A DNA stretch of 64,000 nt, from the NCBI GenBank assembly GCA_965649205.1, contig CBFGJV010000009.1:28131-92130 (forward strand). Direction: 5' to 3'. Shown here one piece after another: positions 20,427 through 30,622 of this stretch; the first letter of the stretch is position 1, and each line of letters opens with the position of its first letter. The position numbers and the translations under genes were made by a program. The stretch is from a candidate division WOR-3 bacterium. Its GTDB lineage: Bacteria; Hydrothermota; Tepidihabitantia; Tepidihabitantales; Tepidihabitantaceae. Under the pieces are notes generated by a model. That model saw only the letters and a program-made list of their open reading frames with translations, had not been told where the DNA came from and made no database searches.

Positions 20427-20903
20427 ATGAACGTAAAAGAATTCTTGCGTAATCTGGACGAGTTCGCTCGTCTAGGCGAAGAAGACCTGGACCGTCTGGC
20501 CGGAGCAGCCAGAGTTCGTCAAGCCAAAGCAGGCACCCTTATTGACGTCCAGGGCCAGCCTGCAGAGAAGTTCTATATTCTTCAAAGCGGACGGTATGCC
20601 GTAATTCTGGACGTGGACATAGGAGTGGCCAGACGCAGCTATATGGTTACAACGCTGGGACCAGGACAGATGTTCGGCTGGTCGGCTATGGTAGGCAATC
20701 CTACTTACACCGCCAGCGGCAAAGCGCTCACCGATTGCACGGTACTTGAATTTGACGCCAAGGAACTCAACAATATGTTCGAAGACGACCCGCGCCTGGG
20801 ATACGCGGTAATGAAGGGAGTAGCACGCACTATTGCTTCCCGTTTGCGACATATGCAGCTGCAGTTAGTCCAGCAATACGCCGCAACCGAATCCGAGGAA
20901 TAG
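20427..20903 (+). CDS. Stand-alone cyclic nucleotide-binding domain protein
   Basis: QGQPAEKFYILQSG, LGPGQMFGWSAM, YTASGKALTDC; no C-terminal HTH. Confidence 0.85.
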   Translation: MNVKEFLRNLDEFARLGEEDLDRLAGAARVRQAKAGTLIDVQGQPAEKFYILQSGRYAVILDVDIGVARRSYMVTTLGPGQMFGWSAMVGNPTYTASGKALTDCTVLEFDAKELNNMFEDDPRLGYAVMKGVARTIASRLRHMQLQLVQQYAATESEE

Positions 20904-20912
20904 AAACCTCAT

Positions 20913-21677
20913 ATGCTCCGAAAGCCCCAGAATCTCAAGTCGGCTTCTCCGGGGTTTATTATCGCCATAGATGGCCCCGCAGGCTCGGGCAAGACCACTA
21001 CCGCCCGGCTGTGTGCGCAACGACTGGGCTTTCGGCATCTGGATACAGGCGCAATGTATCGGGCCGTCACCATCAAACTCCTGAAAAGCGGATTCCTGAA
21101 GAACAAAGGGAAGGGAATAAATCAGCGGGGTCTGAAACAACTCCTGCGGCACACCAGCGTAGACCTTACTTGGGGGAAAGGACAGGTCAGAGTAAAGTTG
21201 GATGGCAAAGACGTAACAACAGAAATTCGCTCGCCAGAAGTCAGTTCCTTTGTATCCGAGGTTTCCGCGCTTCCCGCTGTACGCAGAAAGTTGGTAGCTG
21301 AACAACGCCGGCTAGCTCAGGGAAAGAATCTGGTCTGCGAAGGTCGCGACATAGGCAGTGTGGTATTCCCTCAAGCCGACCTCAAGATATTCTTGGACTG
21401 CGACCTGAAAGCCCGAGCAGCTCGCAGGTTGGCAGAATTGGCTGTCCCTACAAAGTTATCCCAGGCTAACCGCCTCCCATCTCCACATGGTCTACGGGCC
21501 GTACTGAGCAATCTGAGCAAACGGGATAGAATTGATTCCACCAGAAAAATGTCCCCTCTGCGCCGCGTAAAAGACGCCATACTCATAGACACTACCCATC
21601 TCACCATAGACGAACAGGTAGGCATAGTATGCGACCTGACTTACAGAAAACTGGCGGAGGCACATCAAATCAGATGA
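20913..21677 (+). CDS. cmk: Cytidylate kinase
   Basis: IAIDGPAGSGKTT, LDTGAMYRA, EGRDIGSVVFP. Confidence 0.95.
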   Translation: MLRKPQNLKSASPGFIIAIDGPAGSGKTTTARLCAQRLGFRHLDTGAMYRAVTIKLLKSGFLKNKGKGINQRGLKQLLRHTSVDLTWGKGQVRVKLDGKDVTTEIRSPEVSSFVSEVSALPAVRRKLVAEQRRLAQGKNLVCEGRDIGSVVFPQADLKIFLDCDLKARAARRLAELAVPTKLSQANRLPSPHGLRAVLSNLSKRDRIDSTRKMSPLRRVKDAILIDTTHLTIDEQVGIVCDLTYRKLAEAHQIR

Positions 21678-22441
21678 AATTGCGCTGGCGCATAGCTTGG
21701 CTGGCGACTTATCCGTTTGCCCGCTTGTTCCTGCATCTGCAAGTACTCGGACGAGATAGACTTTGCAAAGGAGCACAGATTATTGCCGCCAACCATGTAT
21801 CAAATGCCGACCCACTGATTCTGGGATGGGCAGCAGCACGGGAACTTCATTTCCTGGCCAAGGCCGAATTGTTTCAGGCCTCCCGCTTTTTTTCCTGGCT
21901 TATTCGCTCTTGGAATGCCTGGCCGGTACGCAGAGGCATGGCCGACCCTGCAGCTCTGAAACACTGCGAACAGATATTGCGAAGCGGAAACACGCTTGTT
22001 CTTTTCCCCGAAGGATCCCGGAGTCCCACCGGAGAAATCCGGCCCTTCAAGCCTGGAGTAGGTATGCTGGCCCTGAAAACGGGTGTGCCTGTTGTGCCTG
22101 CTCTTATATCCGGACTGGAGCACTCCTGGGTTTCCTATCTCGCTGACAAGGACTTCGTGCGCAAAGGATTCCGCCGTCGGCCCCATGGATGTTCCCCTAT
22201 AAGGGTTTTCTTCGATGAACCGCTGCACCCGGAAACAATCCGCAACGCCCTTGCTCTCCAATCTGATGTCCGCAGCGACAGACAAATAAAAGGGCATTCA
22301 ATTCCCTACGACCGCACCGCCTACGAAACATTGACTCAGCAGGTGGAAAGCAGAATCCGAAACATGACCGCCAAACTGAAAGCCCAAAACGGTATGGCGG
22401 ATATATCCTGCTCTCCCTGCAAACACAAGACAGCCGAATGA
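21674..22441 (+). CDS. plsC: 1-acyl-sn-glycerol-3-phosphate acyltransferase
   Basis: NHVSNAD (NHxxxxD) and FPEGSRS. Start placed at the ATGA overlap with the cmk stop. Confidence 0.9.
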   Translation: MKLRWRIAWLATYPFARLFLHLQVLGRDRLCKGAQIIAANHVSNADPLILGWAAARELHFLAKAELFQASRFFSWLIRSWNAWPVRRGMADPAALKHCEQILRSGNTLVLFPEGSRSPTGEIRPFKPGVGMLALKTGVPVVPALISGLEHSWVSYLADKDFVRKGFRRRPHGCSPIRVFFDEPLHPETIRNALALQSDVRSDRQIKGHSIPYDRTAYETLTQQVESRIRNMTAKLKAQNGMADISCSPCKHKTAE

Positions 22442-23340
22442 CCAGCCGTAAAGGACGAGCCCGACAGCCGCGAGTCATCGTGGCCCGACCCACCGGTTTC
22501 TGCTTCGGGGTAGAACGGGCAATCAGACTGGCAAAACAGGGAAAAGAACGTTATGGCCGTGTATGCACACTGGGCGAACTAGTGCACAATCCCCAAGTCC
22601 TGGCGGAGCTGGAAAGAGAGGGTATACACGCGGTCCGAAAACCCGAAGATGCTGAAGGTAGCGCACTGGTCATCAGAGCCCACGGTTGCCCTCCGGCTAT
22701 CCTAAAACGATGTGAACGTCTGCAGTTACGCCTGATCGACGCCACCTGCCCCTATGTCAGAAAAGTGCAGAATGTAGTCCGCGACCTGCGCCAGGATGGT
22801 TACGCTGTCGTGGTCGTGGGCGAACGGAACCATCCGGAGGTCCGCGCCATACTGGGTCACGGTGGAAACAAGGCTCGGGTCTATTCGCCCCGCATGCGGC
22901 GCCTACCTGGCCGCAAAGTAGGCGTAGTTTGTCAGACTACCCTTTCCAGAAGACAGCTGGAAGAAGCTGTTGCCAATCTCGGTCGCTTACGCTATACTGA
23001 ACTCCGTTTCTTCGACACCATCTGCGGGGAGGTAATTTCCCGCCAGGGTGCAGCGGAACGCGTAGCCCGCGAAACAGACCTGGTTATAGTCGTGGGCGGT
23101 CGCAATAGCGCCAATACCTCGCGTCTGGCAGACATTGTCCGGGCGGCAGGCACACAGATGGTTTTCGTAGAAAACGCCCAGGAGCTGATGACTGACATAC
23201 TACGAGGTGTAACCAGAATTGGCGTTGTAGGTGGTTCCAGCACACCCGCTTGGGTGGTAGAGGAAGTGGTAAGATTTATTCATAATTCCGGTACTGTCCT
23301 GAAGGACAGACCGTATAAGGAGGACCGTAGTAATGACTGA
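22438..23340 (+). CDS. ispH: 4-hydroxy-3-methylbut-2-enyl diphosphate reductase
   Basis: GFCFGVERA, VHN, AHG, DATCPYV, HPEV, QTT, TIC, SANT. Confidence 0.95.
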   Translation: MTSRKGRARQPRVIVARPTGFCFGVERAIRLAKQGKERYGRVCTLGELVHNPQVLAELEREGIHAVRKPEDAEGSALVIRAHGCPPAILKRCERLQLRLIDATCPYVRKVQNVVRDLRQDGYAVVVVGERNHPEVRAILGHGGNKARVYSPRMRRLPGRKVGVVCQTTLSRRQLEEAVANLGRLRYTELRFFDTICGEVISRQGAAERVARETDLVIVVGGRNSANTSRLADIVRAAGTQMVFVENAQELMTDILRGVTRIGVVGGSSTPAWVVEEVVRFIHNSGTVLKDRPYKEDRSND

Positions 23341-25228
23341 CGAAAAACAAACCGCGGCACAGCCCGAAGATAACGCCGCACCTGCTGCATCTGAGGCAGG
23401 CACCGACAACGGATTGCCTAAGTCTGAGCATGAGCATCAGGCTGATACTCCGGTGGTAACTCCAGATTCTGAACCGACCGCGACCCCGGATGAAAGCCTG
23501 GCAGTGCCGCCCCAACCCGGCACGCGACCAGACATAGAAACACGACCTAAAACGGCAGGAAAGACGATGGCCGACATTTACGATTCGTCTTTTCCCTCTT
23601 TGCGGGTAGGCGAGATCGTAACCGGCCGCGTCATAAAAAAACTGCCCAATGCGGTACTAGTTGATCTGGGTCTCAAAGCCGAGGGCATTCTCCCCCTCGA
23701 GGAATTCCGTAATCCCGACGAAGTTTACGAAGGTCAGGAAATCAAAGTCTGCCTTGACGCACTGGAAGACGCCGAAGGCTTCCCCGCTATTTCAAAACGC
23801 AAAGCCGACTTTCAACTGGCTTGGGAGCAGATAAAGCAAAAATCGGAAAGCGCGGAAGGTGTTACTGCCACCGTAGTCAAACGGGTCAAAGGCGGACTGG
23901 CGGTGGAGATAATGGGGCTGGATGCATTCTTGCCTGGTTCCCAGGTGGACCTGCGGCCTGTTCCGAACCTGGATGTATTCTTGGGCAAGCAGATAGAAGT
24001 CAAAATCATCTCCGTAAACTGGTTCAAAAAGAATATCGTCGTATCGCGCCGGGTGCTGTTGGAAGAACGTCAGGAACAGGCAAGACGCGAGCTGTTCTCC
24101 CGCCTAACAGTTGGCGACGTAGTCACAGGAACTGTAAAAACCATCACCGATTTCGGCGCCTTCGTTGACATCGGTGGCGTTGATGCACTCCTGCATATCT
24201 CCGACCTTGCTTGGAACAAGGTAATCCATCCCAAAGAAGTAGTGAATGTGGGCGACGAACTGAAGGTTAAAGTGCTTTCCGCAGACCCGGGAAGCGGACG
24301 TATAACCGTCGGCTTGAAACAGATGACTCCGCATCCTTGGGAGAGAGTCGAAGAGAAGTATCCCATCGGGGCAAGGATAAAGGGAAGAGTGACAACGCTC
24401 GCCGAATATGGAGCCTTTGTGGAATTGGAAAAGGGCATCGAGGGGCTGATTCATATATCCGAAATGTCCTGGACGAAATCGCTCCAACATCCTTCCCAGA
24501 TACTTTCTGTAGATCAGGAAGTGGAGGCGGTAGTTCTGAACATAGACAAAGAGAATCGACGTATCTCCCTTGGCCTCAAACAGACTATGCCTGACCCCTG
24601 GTCTCTGATAGACGAAAAATACCACGTTGGACAACGCGTAGTCGGCAAGGTGACGGCCTTGAAAGACTTTGGGGCATTTGTAGAAATTGAAGAAGGTATC
24701 GAAGGTCTCATACACAATGCCGATATATCCTGGACTAAGCGCATAAAGCATCCTCGCGAAGAACTGAAACGCGGCCAAACAGTGGAAACTATCATCCTCG
24801 GCATCGACAAGGAAAACCGCAGAATAACGCTCGGACTGAAGCAAACCCAGGAAGACCCGTTCTACAGAATCAGCAAGGAACTTAAGGAAGGCGACGTCGT
24901 TTGTGCCCGCATCGTGGACATTCCCAAACCTGGACTGGTAGTCAGCCTGCAATACGGCATAGAAGGCTTTGTGCCAGCCAGCCAACTTCTGCGGGAAGGG
25001 AAGAAAATCAAGGAAACTTATCAAATAGGCGAAGAACTGGAACTCAAGATAATAAAGATTGACCTGAATTGCCGTCGCATCACCCTGTCTGAGCGCGCCC
25101 TCCATGAACAGGTAGAAACCCAGGAAGATACCGAGTACGACGTCCAACAGGAAGAAGAACCCACAGACAGATTTACGCTTGAAGACCACATACGCCATAT
25201 GGAAGACGAAGAACAGTCAGATTTCTAG
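23333..25228 (+). CDS. rpsA: 30S ribosomal protein S1 (acidic N-terminal extension)
   Basis: Six S1 repeats (FGAFV..G..GLIHISE); AGGAGG SD. Confidence 0.96.
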   Translation: MTDEKQTAAQPEDNAAPAASEAGTDNGLPKSEHEHQADTPVVTPDSEPTATPDESLAVPPQPGTRPDIETRPKTAGKTMADIYDSSFPSLRVGEIVTGRVIKKLPNAVLVDLGLKAEGILPLEEFRNPDEVYEGQEIKVCLDALEDAEGFPAISKRKADFQLAWEQIKQKSESAEGVTATVVKRVKGGLAVEIMGLDAFLPGSQVDLRPVPNLDVFLGKQIEVKIISVNWFKKNIVVSRRVLLEERQEQARRELFSRLTVGDVVTGTVKTITDFGAFVDIGGVDALLHISDLAWNKVIHPKEVVNVGDELKVKVLSADPGSGRITVGLKQMTPHPWERVEEKYPIGARIKGRVTTLAEYGAFVELEKGIEGLIHISEMSWTKSLQHPSQILSVDQEVEAVVLNIDKENRRISLGLKQTMPDPWSLIDEKYHVGQRVVGKVTALKDFGAFVEIEEGIEGLIHNADISWTKRIKHPREELKRGQTVETIILGIDKENRRITLGLKQTQEDPFYRISKELKEGDVVCARIVDIPKPGLVVSLQYGIEGFVPASQLLREGKKIKETYQIGEELELKIIKIDLNCRRITLSERALHEQVETQEDTEYDVQQEEEPTDRFTLEDHIRHMEDEEQSDF

Positions 25229-26488
25229 ATGTCCATCACAGCTTCCGGCCGACCAATTCGCAGGGCGGCGGTCATAACCATCGGCTGTAGACTCAACCAG
25301 GCCGAAAGCGACATACTGCGAGGTCGTCTGCGCCATGCCGGTTGGCTTCTGGCTAACAACCCGGCCGAATCTGAAGTCTGCTACATCAACACATGCACTG
25401 TCACGGCTGCAGCCGACCGCTCTTCTCTGCAGATGATACACCGCATATGCCGACGGGAACCCAAACCTCAAGTGGTTGTGCTAGGCTGTCTGGCAGAAAG
25501 AGTTCCGGAAAAGTTACGTTCCCTCCCGGGCGTAGATGAGGTGTGGAGCCAGCGGCAAAAACAGAACGAATTGGCTGGCTTTCATCCTTTTCCCGCGCGC
25601 AGCCGTGCCCTCCTCAAAGTGCAGGATGGTTGTGATAGAAAATGTTCCTACTGCGTTGTGGCGGGACTGAGAGGTCAACCGCTTTCAATAGAAAGCCAAG
25701 AAATACTCGCCCGACTTGATCAACTGCTGGACGAAGGATTCTGTGAAATCGTACTGACGGGCCTGAATCTGGGTCTGTACCGCGACAGTTCCGGAGCCGA
25801 CCTCGCCGGTCTTCTCCGAACTGTATGCAAACATCTGGACAAAAGGAGGAGCCCGGCCAGAATCAGACTTGGCTCTCTTGAACCGGATACCATGACAGAA
25901 GAGCTGATACACACCTGTGGAGAACCGCGCATCGCTCCCCATTTTCATCTGGCCCTGCAGTCTGGTGACGACCGTGTCCTGGCAGCTGCCGGTCGCCGCT
26001 ACCGTTGCGAGCATGTCCGCAAACTGGTGAAATCTCTGTACAAAGTCCGCCCGGATGCCAACCTCGGTCTGGACGTAATCGCCGGGCTGCCGCAAGAAGA
26101 CGACGCGGCCTTTGCCCGAACGGTAGAATTCCTACAAGAATTGGCCCCCGGCTACCTGCATGTTTTCTCCTTTTCTCCTCGCCCGGGAACACCGGCAGCC
26201 CTGCGAAACGACATCGCGCCAGCAGGGGAAAAGAAAGAGCGAGTCCGCCTCCTGCGTCAGATAAGCGCAGAATTCAGGAAAGCCTACCAGGCTCGTTTCA
26301 TCGGTAAGATACGTAGCGCAGTGGTCGAATCCCGCACCAGTGCGCTCAGCGATAATTATCTGAAACTAACTCTGACCGGATTCTGCGCCGAACGAAAAAG
26401 CCTGATAGAGGTTCTGCTCTGCGCAGAACAGGGCCGCTTGATAGGACGACAGGCCAAGCCGGACACAAGCCACAAGGAGGTTGCGTGA
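25229..26488 (+). CDS. mtaB: tRNA t6A37 methylthiotransferase (MiaB/MtaB family radical SAM)
   Basis: TIGCRLNQAES, INTCTVT, KVQDGCDRKCSYC, HVFSFSPRPGT. Confidence 0.85.
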   Translation: MSITASGRPIRRAAVITIGCRLNQAESDILRGRLRHAGWLLANNPAESEVCYINTCTVTAAADRSSLQMIHRICRREPKPQVVVLGCLAERVPEKLRSLPGVDEVWSQRQKQNELAGFHPFPARSRALLKVQDGCDRKCSYCVVAGLRGQPLSIESQEILARLDQLLDEGFCEIVLTGLNLGLYRDSSGADLAGLLRTVCKHLDKRRSPARIRLGSLEPDTMTEELIHTCGEPRIAPHFHLALQSGDDRVLAAAGRRYRCEHVRKLVKSLYKVRPDANLGLDVIAGLPQEDDAAFARTVEFLQELAPGYLHVFSFSPRPGTPAALRNDIAPAGEKKERVRLLRQISAEFRKAYQARFIGKIRSAVVESRTSALSDNYLKLTLTGFCAERKSLIEVLLCAEQGRLIGRQAKPDTSHKEVA

Positions 26489-27438
26489 ATCGCCGTCAAC
26501 TGCTCCTCTGCCTGACCTTGGCTCTCACTGCCTGGGCAGCAGCCAAAGAATACAAAATAGGCTACATTGACTCAGAGGCTATAATCTCCCGCTACCAGGG
26601 TGCGATAGAAGCAAAGAAAGAGCTGGAGGCCGAAATCGAAAAATTCCGCCTTCAGGCAGAGTCTTTACGCACCGACTACGAAAAAGCTCTGGAAGAGTAC
26701 AAGTCGCAGGAACTCACCCTCTCTGAAGAAGGCAAACGGGCTAAACAAGCAGACCTGGAACAGCGCAAGAAACGTTACGATGCGTTTCTGGAACAGGTTT
26801 ATCGCGAAGGCGGCAAGATAGACCAGAAAAACAAGGAATTGATCGCTCCAATTGTGGAACGTATCAATGCCACCGTCAATAAACTGGCCGCGGAAGAAGG
26901 GTATGCTCTGGTCCTGGATGCATCAAAGTCGGAAATAGTTTATGCCCAACCTGGACTGGACCTGACCGAGCTGGTAATAGCCGAACTGAATCGGGAATAC
27001 GCCCCTACCACACAGACAGCAAAACGCAAGGCAGTCTATGTAATCACATTCCCCTACGAAACCAACGACGAAGCTAGGCAGGACAGAATCGGCTATCAGG
27101 TAAGGCAGTTTTGTTATGAGCTGGTCCGCGCCCAGCCCAACACCGATGTCCTGGGACTGGTGAAAGTGGACGAAATCGTACAGAGCCGGGGTTTTTCCGG
27201 TCGACTGCTGAACCAGCAGGAAGCAGTGGAAATCGGTCGAGCTCTGGATGCCAACTTCGTTTTCTTCGGCCAGTGTTCCAAGCAGGACCGCAAAATATCG
27301 TTTTCTCTCTCCCTGGTAGATGCAAAACTGGGCACGTTCGTAAGAACCGAAACAGGCGAAACAAACCGGATAGAGGATTTGCGAGAGCAGGTGGCGAGAG
27401 TGGTCCAGATTCTCATGACCAGTGCCAGTAACCAGTAG
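26485..27438 (+). CDS. OmpH/Skp chaperone fused to a C-terminal CsgG/TolB_N-like domain
   Basis: Signal peptide, KIGYID, coiled coil, EEGYALVLD...DLTELVI, then about 140 extra aa containing AVEIGRALDANFVFFG...SLSLVD. Confidence 0.8.
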   Translation: MNRRQLLLCLTLALTAWAAAKEYKIGYIDSEAIISRYQGAIEAKKELEAEIEKFRLQAESLRTDYEKALEEYKSQELTLSEEGKRAKQADLEQRKKRYDAFLEQVYREGGKIDQKNKELIAPIVERINATVNKLAAEEGYALVLDASKSEIVYAQPGLDLTELVIAELNREYAPTTQTAKRKAVYVITFPYETNDEARQDRIGYQVRQFCYELVRAQPNTDVLGLVKVDEIVQSRGFSGRLLNQQEAVEIGRALDANFVFFGQCSKQDRKISFSLSLVDAKLGTFVRTETGETNRIEDLREQVARVVQILMTSASNQ

Positions 27439-27446
27439 CTCGTACC

Positions 27447-27893
27447 ATGCACGAAGGTAAAACCCAAATAATGAATCGGGAAGAAATCAAACAGTTTCTG
27501 CCCCATCGCGAGCCATTTCTTTTCGTCGATGCGGTTACGCGGTTAGAACCTAACAGCATAGAGGCATATCGTGACTGGCACCCCGAAGAATTCTTTTTTG
27601 CAGGACATTTTCCCGGCAATCCAGTGCTTCCCGGCGTACTGATGGTCGAAGCCATAGCCCAGACCGGTATCCTGCTTGTGCTTCTGCAACACGAAGAACG
27701 CAGAGGAAGAAATACCCTTTTCGCTGCTATCGAAAAGGTACGTTTCCGGCGCATAGTCAGACCGGGCGAACGTCTGCTTCTGACCGCAGAGCTGCTGGGC
27801 GGCAAGGCAGGCGTATACAAAATTCATGGCACTGCTGCAGTCAACACCGAACTTGCCTGTGAAGCAACCGTGACCGGAGCATTGCGAGACTGA
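27447..27893 (+). CDS. fabZ: 3-hydroxyacyl-ACP dehydratase
   Basis: LPHREPFLFVD, GHFPGNPVLPGVLMVEAIAQ, FRRIVRPG. Confidence 0.93.
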   Translation: MHEGKTQIMNREEIKQFLPHREPFLFVDAVTRLEPNSIEAYRDWHPEEFFFAGHFPGNPVLPGVLMVEAIAQTGILLVLLQHEERRGRNTLFAAIEKVRFRRIVRPGERLLLTAELLGGKAGVYKIHGTAAVNTELACEATVTGALRD

Positions 27894-27915
27894 CCCATAT
27901 CTGATTCAGCACGCC

Positions 27916-29214
27916 TTGAACTACGCTCAGGCACTAGAATTCCTCGAACAACTTGTCAACTACGAAAAAAAGCCCGCTCCCAGGACAGAATTCAAACTGG
28001 AGAATATCCGCCAGCTGCTGCACTCTGCCGGCGACCCTCAGAAGAAACTTAAGAATGTGGTGCTCGTCGCTGGAACCAAGGGCAAGGGGTCAGTCTGTTA
28101 CATGCTGGAGGCGGCTCTGCGAGGATGCGGATTGCACACCGGCCTTTTCGTCTCGCCTCACGTACTCACCGTGCGGGAAAGAATACAACTGGCCGGCAGT
28201 CCTATCTCCCCGCAACAATTTGCTTCCTTAGTGGAACATTTTCGCCCTTTGGTCAAGCAGACCAGCGTGAGCTACTTTGAACTGACCACAGCCATGGCTT
28301 TTGAGCTATTTGCGCAGACGCAACCTGATTATACCATTCTGGAAGTTGGACTCGGCGGCAGACTGGACGCCACCAATGTGTCTGAACCGGACGTATCGGT
28401 AATAACGCGCATCGGACTGGACCACGTGCAGGTACTGGGTAACTCCATCCGCAAAATCGCCCGGGAAAAAGCTGGGATTATGAGAGCACAGAAACCAGCT
28501 ATCATCGCCGCCCAGGCACCTGCCGCTGCTCAGGAACTTCGTCTCTGCGCGCGCAAAGTCGGCTCCGAAATCATCACCGCAACCGAACAGGTCCGCATCT
28601 GGGATGTTGAACCCGAAGGCAATGGCATCAGTTTTTCCCTGCTGTCACCCCTGGGAGCCTGTCGCCTGACGCTGCCGCTACTAGGAAAGCACCAGGTGGA
28701 AAACTGTGCAACCGTACTGGCTACACTGGCAACCCTGGCTCGCGGCGACAAACGTATCAAGTTGGAAGGAGTGGTGGCCGGCCTAACCAAAGTGCAGATT
28801 CCTGCTCGTTGCCAGATAGTCCAACAGGAACCCACTATGATAGTTGACTCCTGCCACAATCCTGATTCCGGCCGCGCTCTGGCAGAAGTCATAGCCTCCT
28901 ACTTCCGTCGCAAAGTCATCTTAGTCTTCGGCTCCCTGCGCGGCAAGCTGGTAACAAAAACCGTCGCCCCTCTCGCTCCTTGGACCGAACAGGCGGTACT
29001 GGTGCAACCCTGCTCCCCCCGGGCAGAGCAATTGTCTGTTCTCAAACAGGTATTCAGCCGCCTGGGCATTAAACATGTGACTGCTCCGGCCATCCCCCTT
29101 GCGCTTGAAACCGCCGAGTCGCTCTCCCAGGGAGAAATACCGATTGTGGTGGCTGGTTCCTTTTACCTTGCCGGTGAAGTGCTGTCTGCACTAGGACATT
29201 CTCCACCCGAATGA
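27916..29214 (+). CDS. folC: Folylpolyglutamate synthase/dihydrofolate synthase
   Basis: VAGTKGKGS, SPH...RERI, EVGLGGRLDATN, IAREKAGI, AGSFYLAGE. Confidence 0.94.
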   Translation: MNYAQALEFLEQLVNYEKKPAPRTEFKLENIRQLLHSAGDPQKKLKNVVLVAGTKGKGSVCYMLEAALRGCGLHTGLFVSPHVLTVRERIQLAGSPISPQQFASLVEHFRPLVKQTSVSYFELTTAMAFELFAQTQPDYTILEVGLGGRLDATNVSEPDVSVITRIGLDHVQVLGNSIRKIAREKAGIMRAQKPAIIAAQAPAAAQELRLCARKVGSEIITATEQVRIWDVEPEGNGISFSLLSPLGACRLTLPLLGKHQVENCATVLATLATLARGDKRIKLEGVVAGLTKVQIPARCQIVQQEPTMIVDSCHNPDSGRALAEVIASYFRRKVILVFGSLRGKLVTKTVAPLAPWTEQAVLVQPCSPRAEQLSVLKQVFSRLGIKHVTAPAIPLALETAESLSQGEIPIVVAGSFYLAGEVLSALGHSPPE

Positions 29215-29269
29215 CACCCCTACAAATACGTCGAACTGATTCCCTGACTTATGCTGATATATCAAGATA

Positions 29270-29297
29270 TTGCAACCTGGCTGCTCCTGCTTATTAT
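29270..29297 (+). promoter_or_regulatory. Sigma70-like promoter TTGCAA-16-TATTAT, 8 nt before the ATG
   Basis: No SD between the -10 box and the ATG at 29306. Confidence 0.5.
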
Positions 29298-29305
29298 TTA
29301 GCCCC

Positions 29306-30622
29306 ATGACTGACCAAACTGATTCCCGCGGCCCCTTGCCACCGTTTCGCGGCTGGCAACCGCACCTCCGCACCAATCCGCCTAATCCCCTCCGACCGCT
29401 CCTGCTTGCTGGCGCTGTTATTCTGGTTGTTACTGCCCTTGTAGTTCTCTTCGTTCTGCTTGCCCTCCCCCGGCCTGTGCCGAAAAAACCTGTACCCGAG
29501 GCACAACCGGTGACAGCCGAATCTTCCCGCAGCTTTGCCGTGGCGCCGGGAGAAGTAATGCCCCAGCTGCTACGTCGTGCCGGACTGCTCGAACCCGCTG
29601 CTGGCCATATTATTCAGGCTCTACAACTCGCCGATTTCAACTTCCGCCGCATGAAGCCCGGTGATTCGCTTGTTCTGTTCTTCCGCAACGATACGCTCTT
29701 CCGCGTACACTACCGGCAGGGCTACGAAAAGATTTACCGAATAGACCTGGACTCTGCCGGCTACCGCGTCTCAATACCTCTACGCTTCATCACCACCGTT
29801 CAAGACACTCTGCTCGGAGCAATCAAATCCAGTCTTTATGAGTCAATGACAGCCTTGGGCGAACGACCGGCCCTGGTCGCAGATTATACGGACATATTCG
29901 GGTGGGAACTTGACTTCTTCTCCGAAGTCCAGGAAGGCGATTCCTTTGCCATACTCTTTGAGCGCCGTCTGGCAGACTCCGCTTTTGTAGGCTACGGTCC
30001 CATTCTTGCTGCCCGCTACAAAGGCCAGGTGGGCGACCTTTGGGGATTCCGCTTCACTGATCCGGAAGGCCGCACCGACTATTACAACCCTGAGGGCCAA
30101 TGTCTGCGCAAGACATCCCTCAAATCTCCGCTGCAGTTTTCCCGCATCAGCTCGTTTTTCGGGCGTCGTTTCCACCCTATCCGTCGCATCCCGGCCCAAC
30201 ACCAGGGTATAGATTACGCAGCACCCAAAGGTACCCCTGTCAGCTGCGTAGCCGATGGCCGCATCAGCTCTGTTGGCTGGTCCGGCGGCTACGGCCGGCT
30301 GGTAGTAGTCACCCACGCCGGTGGGTTTGAAACCCGCTACGGACATCTATCCGGATTTGCTAAAGGTGTAAAAGCAGGTGCATCGGTAAAACAAGGACAA
30401 CTAATCGGCTATGTAGGCTCTACCGGCATGTCCACAGGTCCACACCTGCACTACGAAGTCAGAAAATCCGGTTCTCCGGTAAATCCTCTACGTCTGGACC
30501 CGCCACGCCACGAGCCGGTGAAACCTGCCTTCTTCAATTCTTTCCGCGCTGTGGTCGACTCACTCCGTCCTGCCCTGACCCTGTCCGTGCCGCCGCCACC
30601 ACCAGACCCAACACCTCACTAG
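29306..30622 (+). CDS. M23 family peptidoglycan DD-metalloendopeptidase (paralog of 15693..16979)
   Basis: HQGIDYAAP, YGHL, STGPHLHYE. Start at ATG 29306 is inferred. Confidence 0.9.
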   Translation: MTDQTDSRGPLPPFRGWQPHLRTNPPNPLRPLLLAGAVILVVTALVVLFVLLALPRPVPKKPVPEAQPVTAESSRSFAVAPGEVMPQLLRRAGLLEPAAGHIIQALQLADFNFRRMKPGDSLVLFFRNDTLFRVHYRQGYEKIYRIDLDSAGYRVSIPLRFITTVQDTLLGAIKSSLYESMTALGERPALVADYTDIFGWELDFFSEVQEGDSFAILFERRLADSAFVGYGPILAARYKGQVGDLWGFRFTDPEGRTDYYNPEGQCLRKTSLKSPLQFSRISSFFGRRFHPIRRIPAQHQGIDYAAPKGTPVSCVADGRISSVGWSGGYGRLVVVTHAGGFETRYGHLSGFAKGVKAGASVKQGQLIGYVGSTGMSTGPHLHYEVRKSGSPVNPLRLDPPRHEPVKPAFFNSFRAVVDSLRPALTLSVPPPPPDPTPH

